This document shows, piece after piece, positions 45,613 to 54,816 of a stretch of DNA of 64,000 nt (its first letter is position 1; each line of letters starts with the position of its first letter). Under the pieces are notes generated by a model, which ran no database searches, was not told the DNA's origin, and saw only the letters and a program-made list of their open reading frames with translations. Source of the DNA: Minisyncoccota bacterium (GTDB lineage: Bacteria > Patescibacteriota > Minisyncoccia > Minisyncoccales > JAQTVQ01); the NCBI GenBank assembly GCA_028706715.1, contig JAQTVQ010000002.1, forward strand, positions 3,510 to 67,509, in the 5' to 3' direction. The position numbers and the translations under genes were made by a program.

Positions 45613-45890
45613 TTTTTAAAAGCTGTGGATTGCTTGTTTAAAAAACTTTTACAAAACAGAGGAAAAAGAAAGAATTAAAAATGGATATTTTTACCTCTTT
45701 TTATTTTTTCTTTTCTTTATTGCAAACAACAACAAGCTACTCCTTTCTTTCCTCCTCTTACAATCCACAATTTTTTTAAATTTAAGATATTTAAAAAAAT
45801 ACATTTCCATATATTATCCACAAAGATTTTATAGGGAGTAACAATAATAATAAAATAAATTTTATAAATTAATTATTTATTATATTTATT
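45613..45890. promoter_or_regulatory. dnaA-dnaN intergenic region: candidate oriC with DnaA boxes and an AT-rich unwinding stretch
   Basis: TGTGGATTG at 45624..45632 (revcomp CAATCCACA), CAATCCACA at 45761..45769, a perfect TTATCCACA at 45814..45822, then ~70 nt of more than 90% A+T before dnaN. Confidence 0.55.
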
Positions 45891-47039
45891 ATGAAAATCA
45901 CCTTACTGGCCAAAAACCTAAAAAAGGGCTTGGGAATAGTTGAGAAAATAACAGGAAGAGTTTCAACTTTACCCATATTAAATAATGTTTTAATTGAAGT
46001 TAAATCCAATTTTATTAAACTGTCTACAACGGATTTAGAATTGGGAATTCAATGGTGGGGGCTTTGCAAAACCGAAAGAGAAGGGAAAATAACAGTGCCT
46101 GCGAAGTTCTTTTCCCAATTAATAAATTCCCTAAACGATGAAAAAATAAACATAGAAGAAAAAAATAAAACAGTTTCCATTGAGAGCGATGCTTATAACG
46201 CTAAAGTTAAAGGAATATCAGCCGAGGACTTTCCCATTATTCCGGTTTTTTCCAAGGATATTTTTATTGAGATAAACAGTAAAAAATTAAGAGACGGCTT
46301 GGCGGAAGTTATTGATTTTACCAGTTTATCTCAAGTAAGGCCGGAAATTTCAGGAGTTTTTTTCTTTTTTACAGATAAGGATTTGAAGCTTGTTACAACC
46401 GACAGTTTTCGGCTGGCTGAAAAAACCGTAAAGTTTTCTTCCGAAAAAAAAGAAGATTATAAAAATTTATTTAAAAAAGAGATCAGTTTTATTCTTCCTC
46501 AAAAAACAGCCAAGGAATTGATTTCCATTTTAAGCGAAACGGAAAAGAACACAAAGATATATTTATCAGAGTCTCAAATTATGTTTGAAACCTCATTAAA
46601 GGAAACAGATCATCCGGAGGTTAATTTGGTTTCCAGGCTGATAGAGGGAGAATATCCGGCTTATCAAGAAATAATACCGAAAGAAAGCAAAACAAAAATT
46701 ACCGCAAAAAAAGAAGACTTTGTTAAGCAATTAAAAGTGGCCAGCTTGTTTGGAGGAAAAATAAACGAAATAAAAATCAAAACCGCTCCGGAAAAAAAGA
46801 GTTTTGAAATCTTAAGCCAAGACTCTGATTTGGGAGAAAACAGATCTGTTATATCGGCGAAAGTAGAAGGAGATAAAGATGAGGTTTCTTTTAACTGGAA
46901 GTTTCTCTTGGAAGGACTAAACCATATAAAAAGCTCTGAAGTTGTTTTTGGCTTGCAAGACAATAAAGGTCCGGCGATCTTAAGGCCGGTAGGAGATGCA
47001 AGTTATCTTTATGTGGTGATGCCTATAAACCCCGACTAA
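45891..47039 (+). CDS. dnaN: DNA polymerase III beta sliding clamp
   Basis: Three-domain clamp, 382 aa (ITLLAKNLKKGLGIVEKITGRVSTLPILNNVLIEV). Confidence 0.9.
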   Translation: MKITLLAKNLKKGLGIVEKITGRVSTLPILNNVLIEVKSNFIKLSTTDLELGIQWWGLCKTEREGKITVPAKFFSQLINSLNDEKINIEEKNKTVSIESDAYNAKVKGISAEDFPIIPVFSKDIFIEINSKKLRDGLAEVIDFTSLSQVRPEISGVFFFFTDKDLKLVTTDSFRLAEKTVKFSSEKKEDYKNLFKKEISFILPQKTAKELISILSETEKNTKIYLSESQIMFETSLKETDHPEVNLVSRLIEGEYPAYQEIIPKESKTKITAKKEDFVKQLKVASLFGGKINEIKIKTAPEKKSFEILSQDSDLGENRSVISAKVEGDKDEVSFNWKFLLEGLNHIKSSEVVFGLQDNKGPAILRPVGDASYLYVVMPINPD

Positions 47040-47096
47040 TCGCGTGAAATTTATAATTTTCAGAGGCTCAATTTTAAAAAATTGAAAATTCTTAAA

Positions 47097-47127
47097 CAAA
47101 AACATCTAATAAGATAGATGTTTTTGT
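47097..47127. terminator. Bidirectional intrinsic terminator between dnaN (+) and the PBP gene (-)
   Basis: ACATCTA-ATAAGA-TAGATGT hairpin between A- and T-runs. Confidence 0.65.
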
Positions 47128-47133
47128 TTGGGA

Positions 47134-49179
47134 TTAATATATCATCTCTCCGGTGGTGGTGCTGTAAAGGTGGACAGGAGTTGTTGTTTGGTTTGGGTTT
47201 AATGAGTTTTCCGTTGCCGGAGGAGGAGAGGGATCGCTGTTTGAAGCGGGAAGATTAATCATTTGTTCTCCCACTTTTGGCAAGGCGTAAAGAAGAAACG
47301 ACCTCCAAATAGGTCCGGCTAAAGCTTCACTAATCTTCTGCATTGTTGCCCTGTTGTTGTTGCCCGTCCAAACGCCGACAGCTAAATTTGAAGTATATCC
47401 GATCGTCCAGCCGTCTTTGTTTTCTTGGGTTGTTCCGGTCTTAACGGAAACTTTGTAATTCTCAAAATAAAGATTTGATCTTGGCCCGAAAACAGGAGTT
47501 CTAGCTTCGTTGTCGGACAAAATATCGGTTATTAAACTGCAGACATCTTTTTCTAAAACTTTTTTAGGAGTGGGGCTGTTTTTGTATAAAATATTTCCGT
47601 TTGCATCTTCTATTTTTAAGATGGCGGAGGGCGGGATGCGGTATCCTCCGTTGGCAAAAACGCTATAAGCGGAAACCATATCTATTAGCTTGACGTCTCC
47701 GGCGCCGAGAACCAAAGGAAGGCCGTAAAACGAGGCCGGCTCATTGAGAGTTGTTATTCCCATTGCTTTTGCCATAGCAATGCTGTCCTCCAGTCCGGCC
47801 ATATCTCTTAAAACCTTTAAAGCCGGAATGTTGAGGGATTGAGCCAAGGCGTTTCTTAAGGTAATCGGGCCTCGGAAGTATCCGTCATAATTTTGAGGAA
47901 TATAGTGTTTTCCTCCAAAAACTCCAAAATCGGTCAATTCGTCTACAACGATGCTTTTATCGTTAAATCCTTTGCGAAAAGCTTCAGCGTAAACAAAAGG
48001 CTTGAAAGAAGATCCCGGCTGTCTGTTTCCCTGCGAGGCAACATTGAAGTCGGGAACAAACTTACAAGTGGCGGTCGGATCGCATCCTTCAGGGAAAGGA
48101 TCGGCTTCAGGGTCTGCCGAACCGACCATTGCCAGTATCTCTCCGTTCTTGGGGTTTATCGCGACGAGAGAGCCGTTATACGCTCCGTAAGCATTGTTTC
48201 TTTCTGTTCCTTCTTTGACTTCTTTTTCCGCCGCTCTTTGCAAATCCCAGTCAAGAGTTGTATAAACTTTTAATCCTTTTGTTTCCAAAAAGCTTTGGCC
48301 GTATTCTCTTTCTATTTGTTGTTTTACATAATTGACAAAATGAGGAGAGAGGGTTTTAGGGAGGCTGTTAAAGGAAAGAACTTCTTCTTTTGCCTCTTCT
48401 GCCTCCTTTTCCGTAATGTAGTGCTCTTGAGCCATTCTGTCCAAAACGTAATCTTTTCTTATTAAAAGCCTTTCCAACTTTTCTCCATAAGGGTTGTAGT
48501 AGCTGGGAGCTTGGATTATTGCCGCCAAAAGAGCGGCTTGAGCCAGGCTTATTTCAGAAACAGGCCTGTTAAAATAAGTCAAAGACGCTTCCTGGGCTCC
48601 GTAAATATTTATACCGAAAGGAACTTGATTTAAATACCATTCCAATATTTGCTCTTTGGAATATTTATTATCCAATTCAATGGCTAAAATTATTTCTTTT
48701 AATTTTCTGTCTATTGTCTTTTCGTTACTTAAAAGAGATGATCTGATTAGCTGCTGGGTGATAGTAGAGGCTCCCTGTTGAGCTTCTTTAATCTGTAAAT
48801 CCACCTTGATAGCTCTGGCTATTCCTTGAAAATCTATTCCATGGTGCTGGTAAAATCTGGCGTCTTCGGTAGATACCACCGCTTTTTGTAAAATTTCCGG
48901 CAATTTATCAATAGTTAAATATGTTCTTTTTTCTTCTCCGTAAATGCTTGAAAGAACGATTTCTCCGGTTCTGTCATAAATTTTTGTCGCTTGGTTTATT
49001 ATGTTTTCGTTAAAGTTTTCGGGGCGGGGAAGCTCTTTAGTGTAAAGAAAAAACAGGGCTGCGACCAAAACAGAGCCGGATAACGCCCCCCAAAAAGCAA
49101 CCTTAAAAACAAAAAACAAACTCTTGCCGAGGCCGTTTATTGTTTTATAAACCGTTAAAAATCTTTTTCTTTTTACCAT
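47134..49179 (-). CDS. Class A penicillin-binding protein (glycosyltransferase + transpeptidase)
   Basis: GT51 motifs (EDARFYQHHGIDFQGIARA), transpeptidase SxxK/SxN/KTG-type (KTGTT), N-terminal TM anchor. Confidence 0.85.
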   Translation of the reverse strand: MVKRKRFLTVYKTINGLGKSLFFVFKVAFWGALSGSVLVAALFFLYTKELPRPENFNENIINQATKIYDRTGEIVLSSIYGEEKRTYLTIDKLPEILQKAVVSTEDARFYQHHGIDFQGIARAIKVDLQIKEAQQGASTITQQLIRSSLLSNEKTIDRKLKEIILAIELDNKYSKEQILEWYLNQVPFGINIYGAQEASLTYFNRPVSEISLAQAALLAAIIQAPSYYNPYGEKLERLLIRKDYVLDRMAQEHYITEKEAEEAKEEVLSFNSLPKTLSPHFVNYVKQQIEREYGQSFLETKGLKVYTTLDWDLQRAAEKEVKEGTERNNAYGAYNGSLVAINPKNGEILAMVGSADPEADPFPEGCDPTATCKFVPDFNVASQGNRQPGSSFKPFVYAEAFRKGFNDKSIVVDELTDFGVFGGKHYIPQNYDGYFRGPITLRNALAQSLNIPALKVLRDMAGLEDSIAMAKAMGITTLNEPASFYGLPLVLGAGDVKLIDMVSAYSVFANGGYRIPPSAILKIEDANGNILYKNSPTPKKVLEKDVCSLITDILSDNEARTPVFGPRSNLYFENYKVSVKTGTTQENKDGWTIGYTSNLAVGVWTGNNNRATMQKISEALAGPIWRSFLLYALPKVGEQMINLPASNSDPSPPPATENSLNPNQTTTPVHLYSTTTGEMIY

Positions 49180-49286
49180 TTTTTAATTTTATCATTATAT
49201 CTTAAAACATCAACCGTTTTTACAAATAATTTTTTTTAAGATAAACTGGAAAAAGTAATTTAATAAGAAATAATGCTTATACTATT

Positions 49287-50183
49287 GTGCAGGAAAAAAT
49301 AGAAGATGTTTTAACCAGGGGAGTAAAGAAAGTTTTAAGCCAAGATCTTTTAAAAAGAGAGATTGAATCGGAAAAAATATCCATTAAAATGGGGATAGAT
49401 CCCGCTAACTCCGGTTTTCATTTAGGAGATTTGGCCTCTTTTCTTAAATTGAAGGATTTTCAAGATTTGGGCCATAAAATTATTTTGGTTATAGGGGATT
49501 TTACTTCGCAGATTGAAGATATCCCGGACAATATTGTTTCTTTCAGTCCTGTGTCAGAGAAAGAAATTGAAGCAAACATTGAGAGGTTAACGCCCCAAAT
49601 AAAAAACTTTTTAGATCCGGAGAAAACAAGAATATACCGCAATAAAGAGTGGCTAACCCGTATGACCGCAAAAAATCTATTTATGGTCTCTCAAGGGTTT
49701 GCTTTACAGAAGATGATTGAAAGAGAGAAAATTGAGGATGGATGGGAGAAGGGCCGGCCCATAAGATTGCACGAGCTTTTGCGTCCTCTTTTTCAGGGAT
49801 ACGATTCCGTAGCCGTAAGGTGCGACCTTGAAATAGGAGGAGAAGACCAGTGGCTTAGCCTTCAAGCAGGAAGAGAAGTCCAAAAATTTTTTGGACAAAA
49901 ACAGCAGAATTTAATGGCTTTAAAAACTGTCAGCGGCCTTGACGGGCAAAAGATGTCTTTTGACCGGAAAAATGCCATTGATATAGAAAGCTCTTCAGAG
50001 GAATTACGTAAAAAAATAATGCTTTTAAAAAATAATCAAGTCTTTGATTATTTTGAGTGTTGCACGAGAGTCCCAACGGAAGAGATAGAAGAAATGCAAA
50101 GATCTGCGCAGAACAGGCCGTCCGGACTTGAAGATTTGAAGAAAAAACTGTCAGAGGAAATTATAAAAATTCTAAAAGAGTAG
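49287..50183 (+). CDS. tyrS: Tyrosyl-tRNA synthetase, short archaeal/eukaryal-like form with no S4 domain
   Basis: GIDPANSGFHLGDLASFLKLKDFQDLGHKIILVIGDFTSQIEDIPD matches TyrRS HIGH-region conservation (G.DPT...LHLGH...FQ..GH....IGD.T..IGDP). KMSFD is a KMSKS-like motif. Only 298 aa. Confidence 0.6.
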   Translation: MQEKIEDVLTRGVKKVLSQDLLKREIESEKISIKMGIDPANSGFHLGDLASFLKLKDFQDLGHKIILVIGDFTSQIEDIPDNIVSFSPVSEKEIEANIERLTPQIKNFLDPEKTRIYRNKEWLTRMTAKNLFMVSQGFALQKMIEREKIEDGWEKGRPIRLHELLRPLFQGYDSVAVRCDLEIGGEDQWLSLQAGREVQKFFGQKQQNLMALKTVSGLDGQKMSFDRKNAIDIESSSEELRKKIMLLKNNQVFDYFECCTRVPTEEIEEMQRSAQNRPSGLEDLKKKLSEEIIKILKE

Positions 50184-50202
50184 AAGTTTTGGATTGTTGA
50201 AT

Positions 50203-50709
50203 TTAAGACTTTCCTGCAAGCTTTAAAGCGTCGCTTCCGCAGATTGCCGCAGCCAAAGCGTCTGCCGCATCGTCGGGTTTCGGCAGCTTTTTTAATTTTA
50301 AAAGGAACTGAACCATTTTTTGCACTTGCAGTTTTTCCGCTCGGCCGTATCCGCAAACACTGGTCTTGATCTGCAGAGGGGTAAACTCATAGATAGGGAT
50401 GCCTTTTTTTGCCGTTTCCAATAAAATAACTCCGCGCGCTTGGCTTACGGGCATAGCGGTTTTTAGATTTTTGAAAAAATAAAGGCTTTCAATAACGACA
50501 GCCCGCGGTTCGTATTTGTCAATTAACTTTACCAAGCTGGAGCTGATTTGGACCAGTCTTCTGCCCGCTTCCGATTTAGAGCTGGTTTTTATAACGCCGT
50601 AATCAACGCAAGACAAAATCCTGTCTTTCTTTTCTTTTAAGATTTTGCTCTCAATCACTCCGTAGCCGGTAGTTGCCGTTCCGGGATCTATCCCCAAAAT
50701 AATCATCAA
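50203..50709 (-). CDS. ruvC: Holliday junction resolvase RuvC
   Basis: MIILGIDPGTATTGYGVIE... Confidence 0.9.
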   Translation of the reverse strand: MMIILGIDPGTATTGYGVIESKILKEKKDRILSCVDYGVIKTSSKSEAGRRLVQISSSLVKLIDKYEPRAVVIESLYFFKNLKTAMPVSQARGVILLETAKKGIPIYEFTPLQIKTSVCGYGRAEKLQVQKMVQFLLKLKKLPKPDDAADALAAAICGSDALKLAGKS

Positions 50710-50728
50710 AGGAAAAAATTAATCTTGT

Positions 50729-51460
50729 TTAAAATTTTAAATTTGAAAAAGTCTTGGAGACGTCATCGCTGGCTTCCAATTCTTCCAAGAGTTTTTGGTT
50801 CGCCGCCATTGCTTTTTCGTCAACGGCGACTTCTTCCTTTGCAAACCAGCCCAAAGAAGATTCCTCAATTTTTATTCCTGCCGATTCAATATTTTTTTTG
50901 ACCTGGTCCAGCTCTTCCATCTTTGTAAAAACCTCTAAAATATTTTCATCCCAGCTTGTGTTTTCGGCTCCGGCTTCAATGGCCGCCATCTCAAGATCTT
51001 CTTTTGAACTTTTTTCAGGAGATTGGGAGTCAATATCAATAACTATATATCCTTTATTGTCAAACATCCAGCGAATTGCTCCTTCGTTAACAATCTTGCC
51101 GTTGTTTTTATTAAGGATATTCCTTGTTTCGCTTAAAGATCTGTTTTTGTTGTCAGTGATTCCTTCCGCTATTATGGCTGTCCCTCCCGGGCCGTAAGCC
51201 TCTATTGAGAAACACTCCAGCGCCGCGCCCGGAAGTTTTCCGGCGCCTCTTAAAATGGCGCGTTCAATGTTTTCCCTTGGCATATTAAAGCCTCGCGCCT
51301 TTTCAATAACCGCTTTTAACTTGGAGTTTGTTTCCGGGTTGTCCCCGGTCTTTGCTTCTATAGCAATTTCTCTAGCCAGTTTGGAAAAATTGGCGCTTCT
51401 CTGCGCGTCAGCCAATCCTTTTTTATGTTTTATTCCTGCCCAATGGGAATGACCGCTCAT
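50729..51460 (-). CDS. yebC: YebC/PmpR-family transcriptional regulator
   Basis: MSGHSHWAGIKHKKG... Confidence 0.9.
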   Translation of the reverse strand: MSGHSHWAGIKHKKGLADAQRSANFSKLAREIAIEAKTGDNPETNSKLKAVIEKARGFNMPRENIERAILRGAGKLPGAALECFSIEAYGPGGTAIIAEGITDNKNRSLSETRNILNKNNGKIVNEGAIRWMFDNKGYIVIDIDSQSPEKSSKEDLEMAAIEAGAENTSWDENILEVFTKMEELDQVKKNIESAGIKIEESSLGWFAKEEVAVDEKAMAANQKLLEELEASDDVSKTFSNLKF

Positions 51461-51530
51461 AGTTTTTTGATCGCCTTGCCATAGCTCCCGAAGACCTGCT
51501 CTCGGCAGGAAGAGGAGAGAAAAGGCGGAG

Positions 51531-52271
51531 TTAATAGCCTTGATTATTTAAAGACCTTTTTAAGAAAACGATAATTATTCCGCTAAAAAAAGAATAAAGA
51601 AAAGAAAAGCCCTGTTTTTTTAATCCTATTGTCTTGCGAGCTGCGTCAATGTTGCCGTCAAAGCTATAATCAGGGGAGTTTGCGGCAATGGCCTGTTCTG
51701 CGTATTCTTGCTTTTCTATAAGGCCGTTTTCTTTTTTAGGGGTTCCTCCGGCGAAAGCGCTTGTCTGCCAACTGTCAGCCGAAGATCCGTCTTTGCCGAA
51801 GCTTATTCTTTCCATGGTTTGCTTGGAAGAATTGTCTCCCTTGAACCATCCGCCGGAACAATCAACCTCGTCAACAAGAACGCCGTTTCCATCATAAAGG
51901 CCCAGTTTTTTTCCTTTATTTGACAATGGGCCCTTAAAGATAATGTCCGCGGGAATTTCCGGCAAAGATTGATCGTCGGTTCGTTCTAAAATGTAAAAGC
52001 CTTTAGCAGGGATTGTTCCTGTTAGCTCAATATTAATAGAATCTTGAGCTTTTAAGCTCCAGCTGTTTAAACTTATACCATAATTAGCGTTATTGTAAAG
52101 CTCTATCCACTCATCGTTGGCGGACTTTTCTGTTCCCATCCATGCTATTTCGTTGATTTCAACCTTTCTTTCTTCTGAAGCTAAGCATTTGGAAAAAAGA
52201 AAAAACAAGCAAAAAAACAGAAAGAAGGAAAAGAGAATCAAATCAAATAAGATTGGCTGTCTTTTTCCCAT
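51531..52271 (-). CDS. Membrane-anchored lamin-tail-domain (LTD) protein
   Basis: N-terminal TM helix, then VEINEIAWMGT...DEWIELYNNANYGISLNSWSLK (LTD signature). Confidence 0.55.
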   Translation of the reverse strand: MGKRQPILFDLILFSFFLFFCLFFLFSKCLASEERKVEINEIAWMGTEKSANDEWIELYNNANYGISLNSWSLKAQDSINIELTGTIPAKGFYILERTDDQSLPEIPADIIFKGPLSNKGKKLGLYDGNGVLVDEVDCSGGWFKGDNSSKQTMERISFGKDGSSADSWQTSAFAGGTPKKENGLIEKQEYAEQAIAANSPDYSFDGNIDAARKTIGLKKQGFSFLYSFFSGIIIVFLKRSLNNQGY

Positions 52272-53254
52272 TTTATTTTTAGGTGGTTGTAAGCCGATTT
52301 AGCGGCAATTCGGCCTTGAGAGGTTCTTTCAATCATTCCCAGCTGCATTAAATAGGGCTCGTAAAGATTTAAAATGGTTTCTTCTTCTTCCGCTGCGGCC
52401 GCAGCCAAAGATTTTATCCCCACAGGGCCTCCTTGAAATTTTTTTATCATTATTTCCAAAAGGTTTCTATCGGAAGGCCCCAGCCCTTTTTCGTCAATTT
52501 CCAAAAAACTTAAAGAGCTTTTTACTATTTTTTCAGTAACTATTCCTTCTCCTTCTATTTCGGCAAAGTCCCGAACTCTTTTTAGCAGGTTGTTGGCGAT
52601 GCGAGGAGTGAAGCGGGAACTGCGAGCCAAAAAAGACAGGGCTTCGGATTTTATTTTTATTCCAAGAATATCTGCCGATCTTTGCAGTATTCTTTCCAGT
52701 TCTTCTTGCTTATAAAAGTTCAATTGGTATACTCCTCCGAACCGGCTGTGCAGGGGAGAGGAAAGAAGGCCGGCTCTTGTGGTAGCTCCGATAAGGGTAA
52801 ATTTCGGCAAATCAATTTCCAAGGTTTTTGCCATAGGCCCCTTTCCCATCACAATGTTCATTTTGAAATCTTCAATTGCGGAATACAAGTATTCTTCAAT
52901 TGTTTTGCAAATGCGATGAATTTCGTCAATAAAAATAACATCTCCCTCGGAAAGGCTTGTCAGGAGGGCGGCGAGATCTCCAATTCTTTCAATCGCCGGG
53001 CCGGAAGTTACCCTTATGTCCGAGCCTAGCTCTTTTGCAATAAGATAAGCCAAACTTGTTTTTCCCAAACCGGCGTTGCCGTAGAAAAGAAGATGATCCG
53101 GCGCCTCTTTTCTTTTTTTTGCCGCGTCAATTATTATTTTAACGTTTCTTTTAATCTTTTCTTGGCCGATATAATCACCCCATGCTTGAGGCCTTAAAGT
53201 GGAATCTATTTTTTCGTCAGGGCCTTCTTCAATTGTTTTGTTCTTGACAGACAT
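52238..53254 (-). CDS. ruvB: Holliday junction branch-migration ATPase RuvB
   Basis: LLFYGNAGLGKTSLAYLIAKELG... Confidence 0.9.
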   Translation of the reverse strand: MSVKNKTIEEGPDEKIDSTLRPQAWGDYIGQEKIKRNVKIIIDAAKKRKEAPDHLLFYGNAGLGKTSLAYLIAKELGSDIRVTSGPAIERIGDLAALLTSLSEGDVIFIDEIHRICKTIEEYLYSAIEDFKMNIVMGKGPMAKTLEIDLPKFTLIGATTRAGLLSSPLHSRFGGVYQLNFYKQEELERILQRSADILGIKIKSEALSFLARSSRFTPRIANNLLKRVRDFAEIEGEGIVTEKIVKSSLSFLEIDEKGLGPSDRNLLEIMIKKFQGGPVGIKSLAAAAAEEEETILNLYEPYLMQLGMIERTSQGRIAAKSAYNHLKIKWEKDSQSYLI

Positions 53255-53427
53255 TTTGAATTATGTTATTTTTAGGAAACTGAAACAACTTCCAGACTGG
53301 GGGTAGGGGTTTCTTCTGATTTGGACAATCTGGATTCGTCTGGGCTGATCCTCAAAGAAATTCTGCGCCTAAGTAAGCCTATACTTAAGTCCCCCAGTCC
53401 GGGGGTTGTTTTTTTTGCTTTAAAATC

Positions 53428-54732
53428 TTACCCGGCCGCTTTTTCTATCTCTTCTATTGTTGTTGTCCCTTCTAAAACTTTTAAAAACCCGTCTGCTTTC
53501 ATAGGGATCATCCCTTTTTCTATGGCTTTTTTGGACAGCTCGGAAATGGTGGGTTCGGAAGCTATAAAGTTTTCCAAATCGCTGTCTCTTTTTATGGCTT
53601 CATATATTCCAACCCGCCCCTTGTATCCGGTATTGTTGCATTTTTCACATCCTTTAGGCTCATAGACGACAAGGTCTTCTGCTTTTGGATATCTTTTGAG
53701 TATTTCTGCGGGAACAGCGCTTAAAAAGTTTTCAATTTTAGAGATTTCTTCAATTGATGCCGGTCTTGGCTCTGCGCAGTTCTTGCAGATTTTTCTAACC
53801 AGCCTTTGGGCGATAATAAGATTGATGGCGGGGCCGATATTGCAGGCCTTTATTCCCATGCTGGCCAGCCTGGAAACGGTTCCGGCCGCGTCGTTTGTAT
53901 GGAGAGTGCTAAAGACCAAATGTCCTGTTAAGGAAGCTTGAAGAGCTATTTCAGCCGTTTCCGCGTCTCTTATTTCTCCTACCAATATAACGTCCGGATC
54001 TTGCCTCACTATTGATTTTAATCCGGAGGCAAAATCGTATCCTTTTTCAGCGGCTGTTTGCGTTTGGGAAATGTCTTTTAAATGATACTCTATCGGGTCT
54101 TCAATGGTAATGATTTTTATTTCGGGATCTTTTATTTTTTTTAAGAAAGCGTAAAGGGTGGTTGTCTTTCCGGATCCTGTCGGCCCCGTTACGATAATCA
54201 TTCCATTCGGCTTTTTAATCTCGGAGGTAAAAGTTTCGTAAAGGTCTTCTCTTAGCCCCAAATCTTCCAAATTTATTAAATTTTTAGGGTTTAATATTCT
54301 TAAAACCGCCGTTTCTCCGTATTCGGTAGGCAAAGTAGAAGCTCTTATTTCTATCTCCTCATCAGGCATAGATATTGAGAACCTTCCGTCTTGAGGCTTG
54401 TCTTCAACATTAAGCTTGAGTCCCGACAAAAGCTTGATTCTTGAGACAAGCAGAGATTGTTTTTTTGAGTCAAAAACGATAACGTCGTGGAGGCATCCGT
54501 CCAATCTTGTTCTTAATTTAGCTTGTTCTTCTTGCGCTTCCAAATGAAGGTCGGAACATCCTAAAAAAACGGATCCGGCCAAAATAGCCTGTAAGGTATA
54601 AGAAATGTCTTTATCTAAAGACGAAGATATCAGCTGATGAAAATCAGTTAAGTTTTTAACTTCGCCGGATATTTTTTCGGCAAAAGTTTTTTCAATTTCA
54701 ATTCTTCCGCTTATTTTTTGTTGCATATACAA
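53428..54732 (-). CDS. GspE/PilB-family secretion ATPase (type IV pilus/competence assembly ATPase)
   Basis: Walker A GPTGSGKTTT, the Asp and His boxes, and the C-terminal tetracysteine CKNC...CEKC. Confidence 0.8.
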   Translation of the reverse strand: MYMQQKISGRIEIEKTFAEKISGEVKNLTDFHQLISSSLDKDISYTLQAILAGSVFLGCSDLHLEAQEEQAKLRTRLDGCLHDVIVFDSKKQSLLVSRIKLLSGLKLNVEDKPQDGRFSISMPDEEIEIRASTLPTEYGETAVLRILNPKNLINLEDLGLREDLYETFTSEIKKPNGMIIVTGPTGSGKTTTLYAFLKKIKDPEIKIITIEDPIEYHLKDISQTQTAAEKGYDFASGLKSIVRQDPDVILVGEIRDAETAEIALQASLTGHLVFSTLHTNDAAGTVSRLASMGIKACNIGPAINLIIAQRLVRKICKNCAEPRPASIEEISKIENFLSAVPAEILKRYPKAEDLVVYEPKGCEKCNNTGYKGRVGIYEAIKRDSDLENFIASEPTISELSKKAIEKGMIPMKADGFLKVLEGTTTIEEIEKAAG

Positions 54733-54816
54733 TTAATTTACCATATATGAAGGGCTTAGCCCAAGAGGGCAGAGCAAGAGAAGCTTTTAAGCCTTTTGGG
54801 CGGAAGATTTTTGGAC

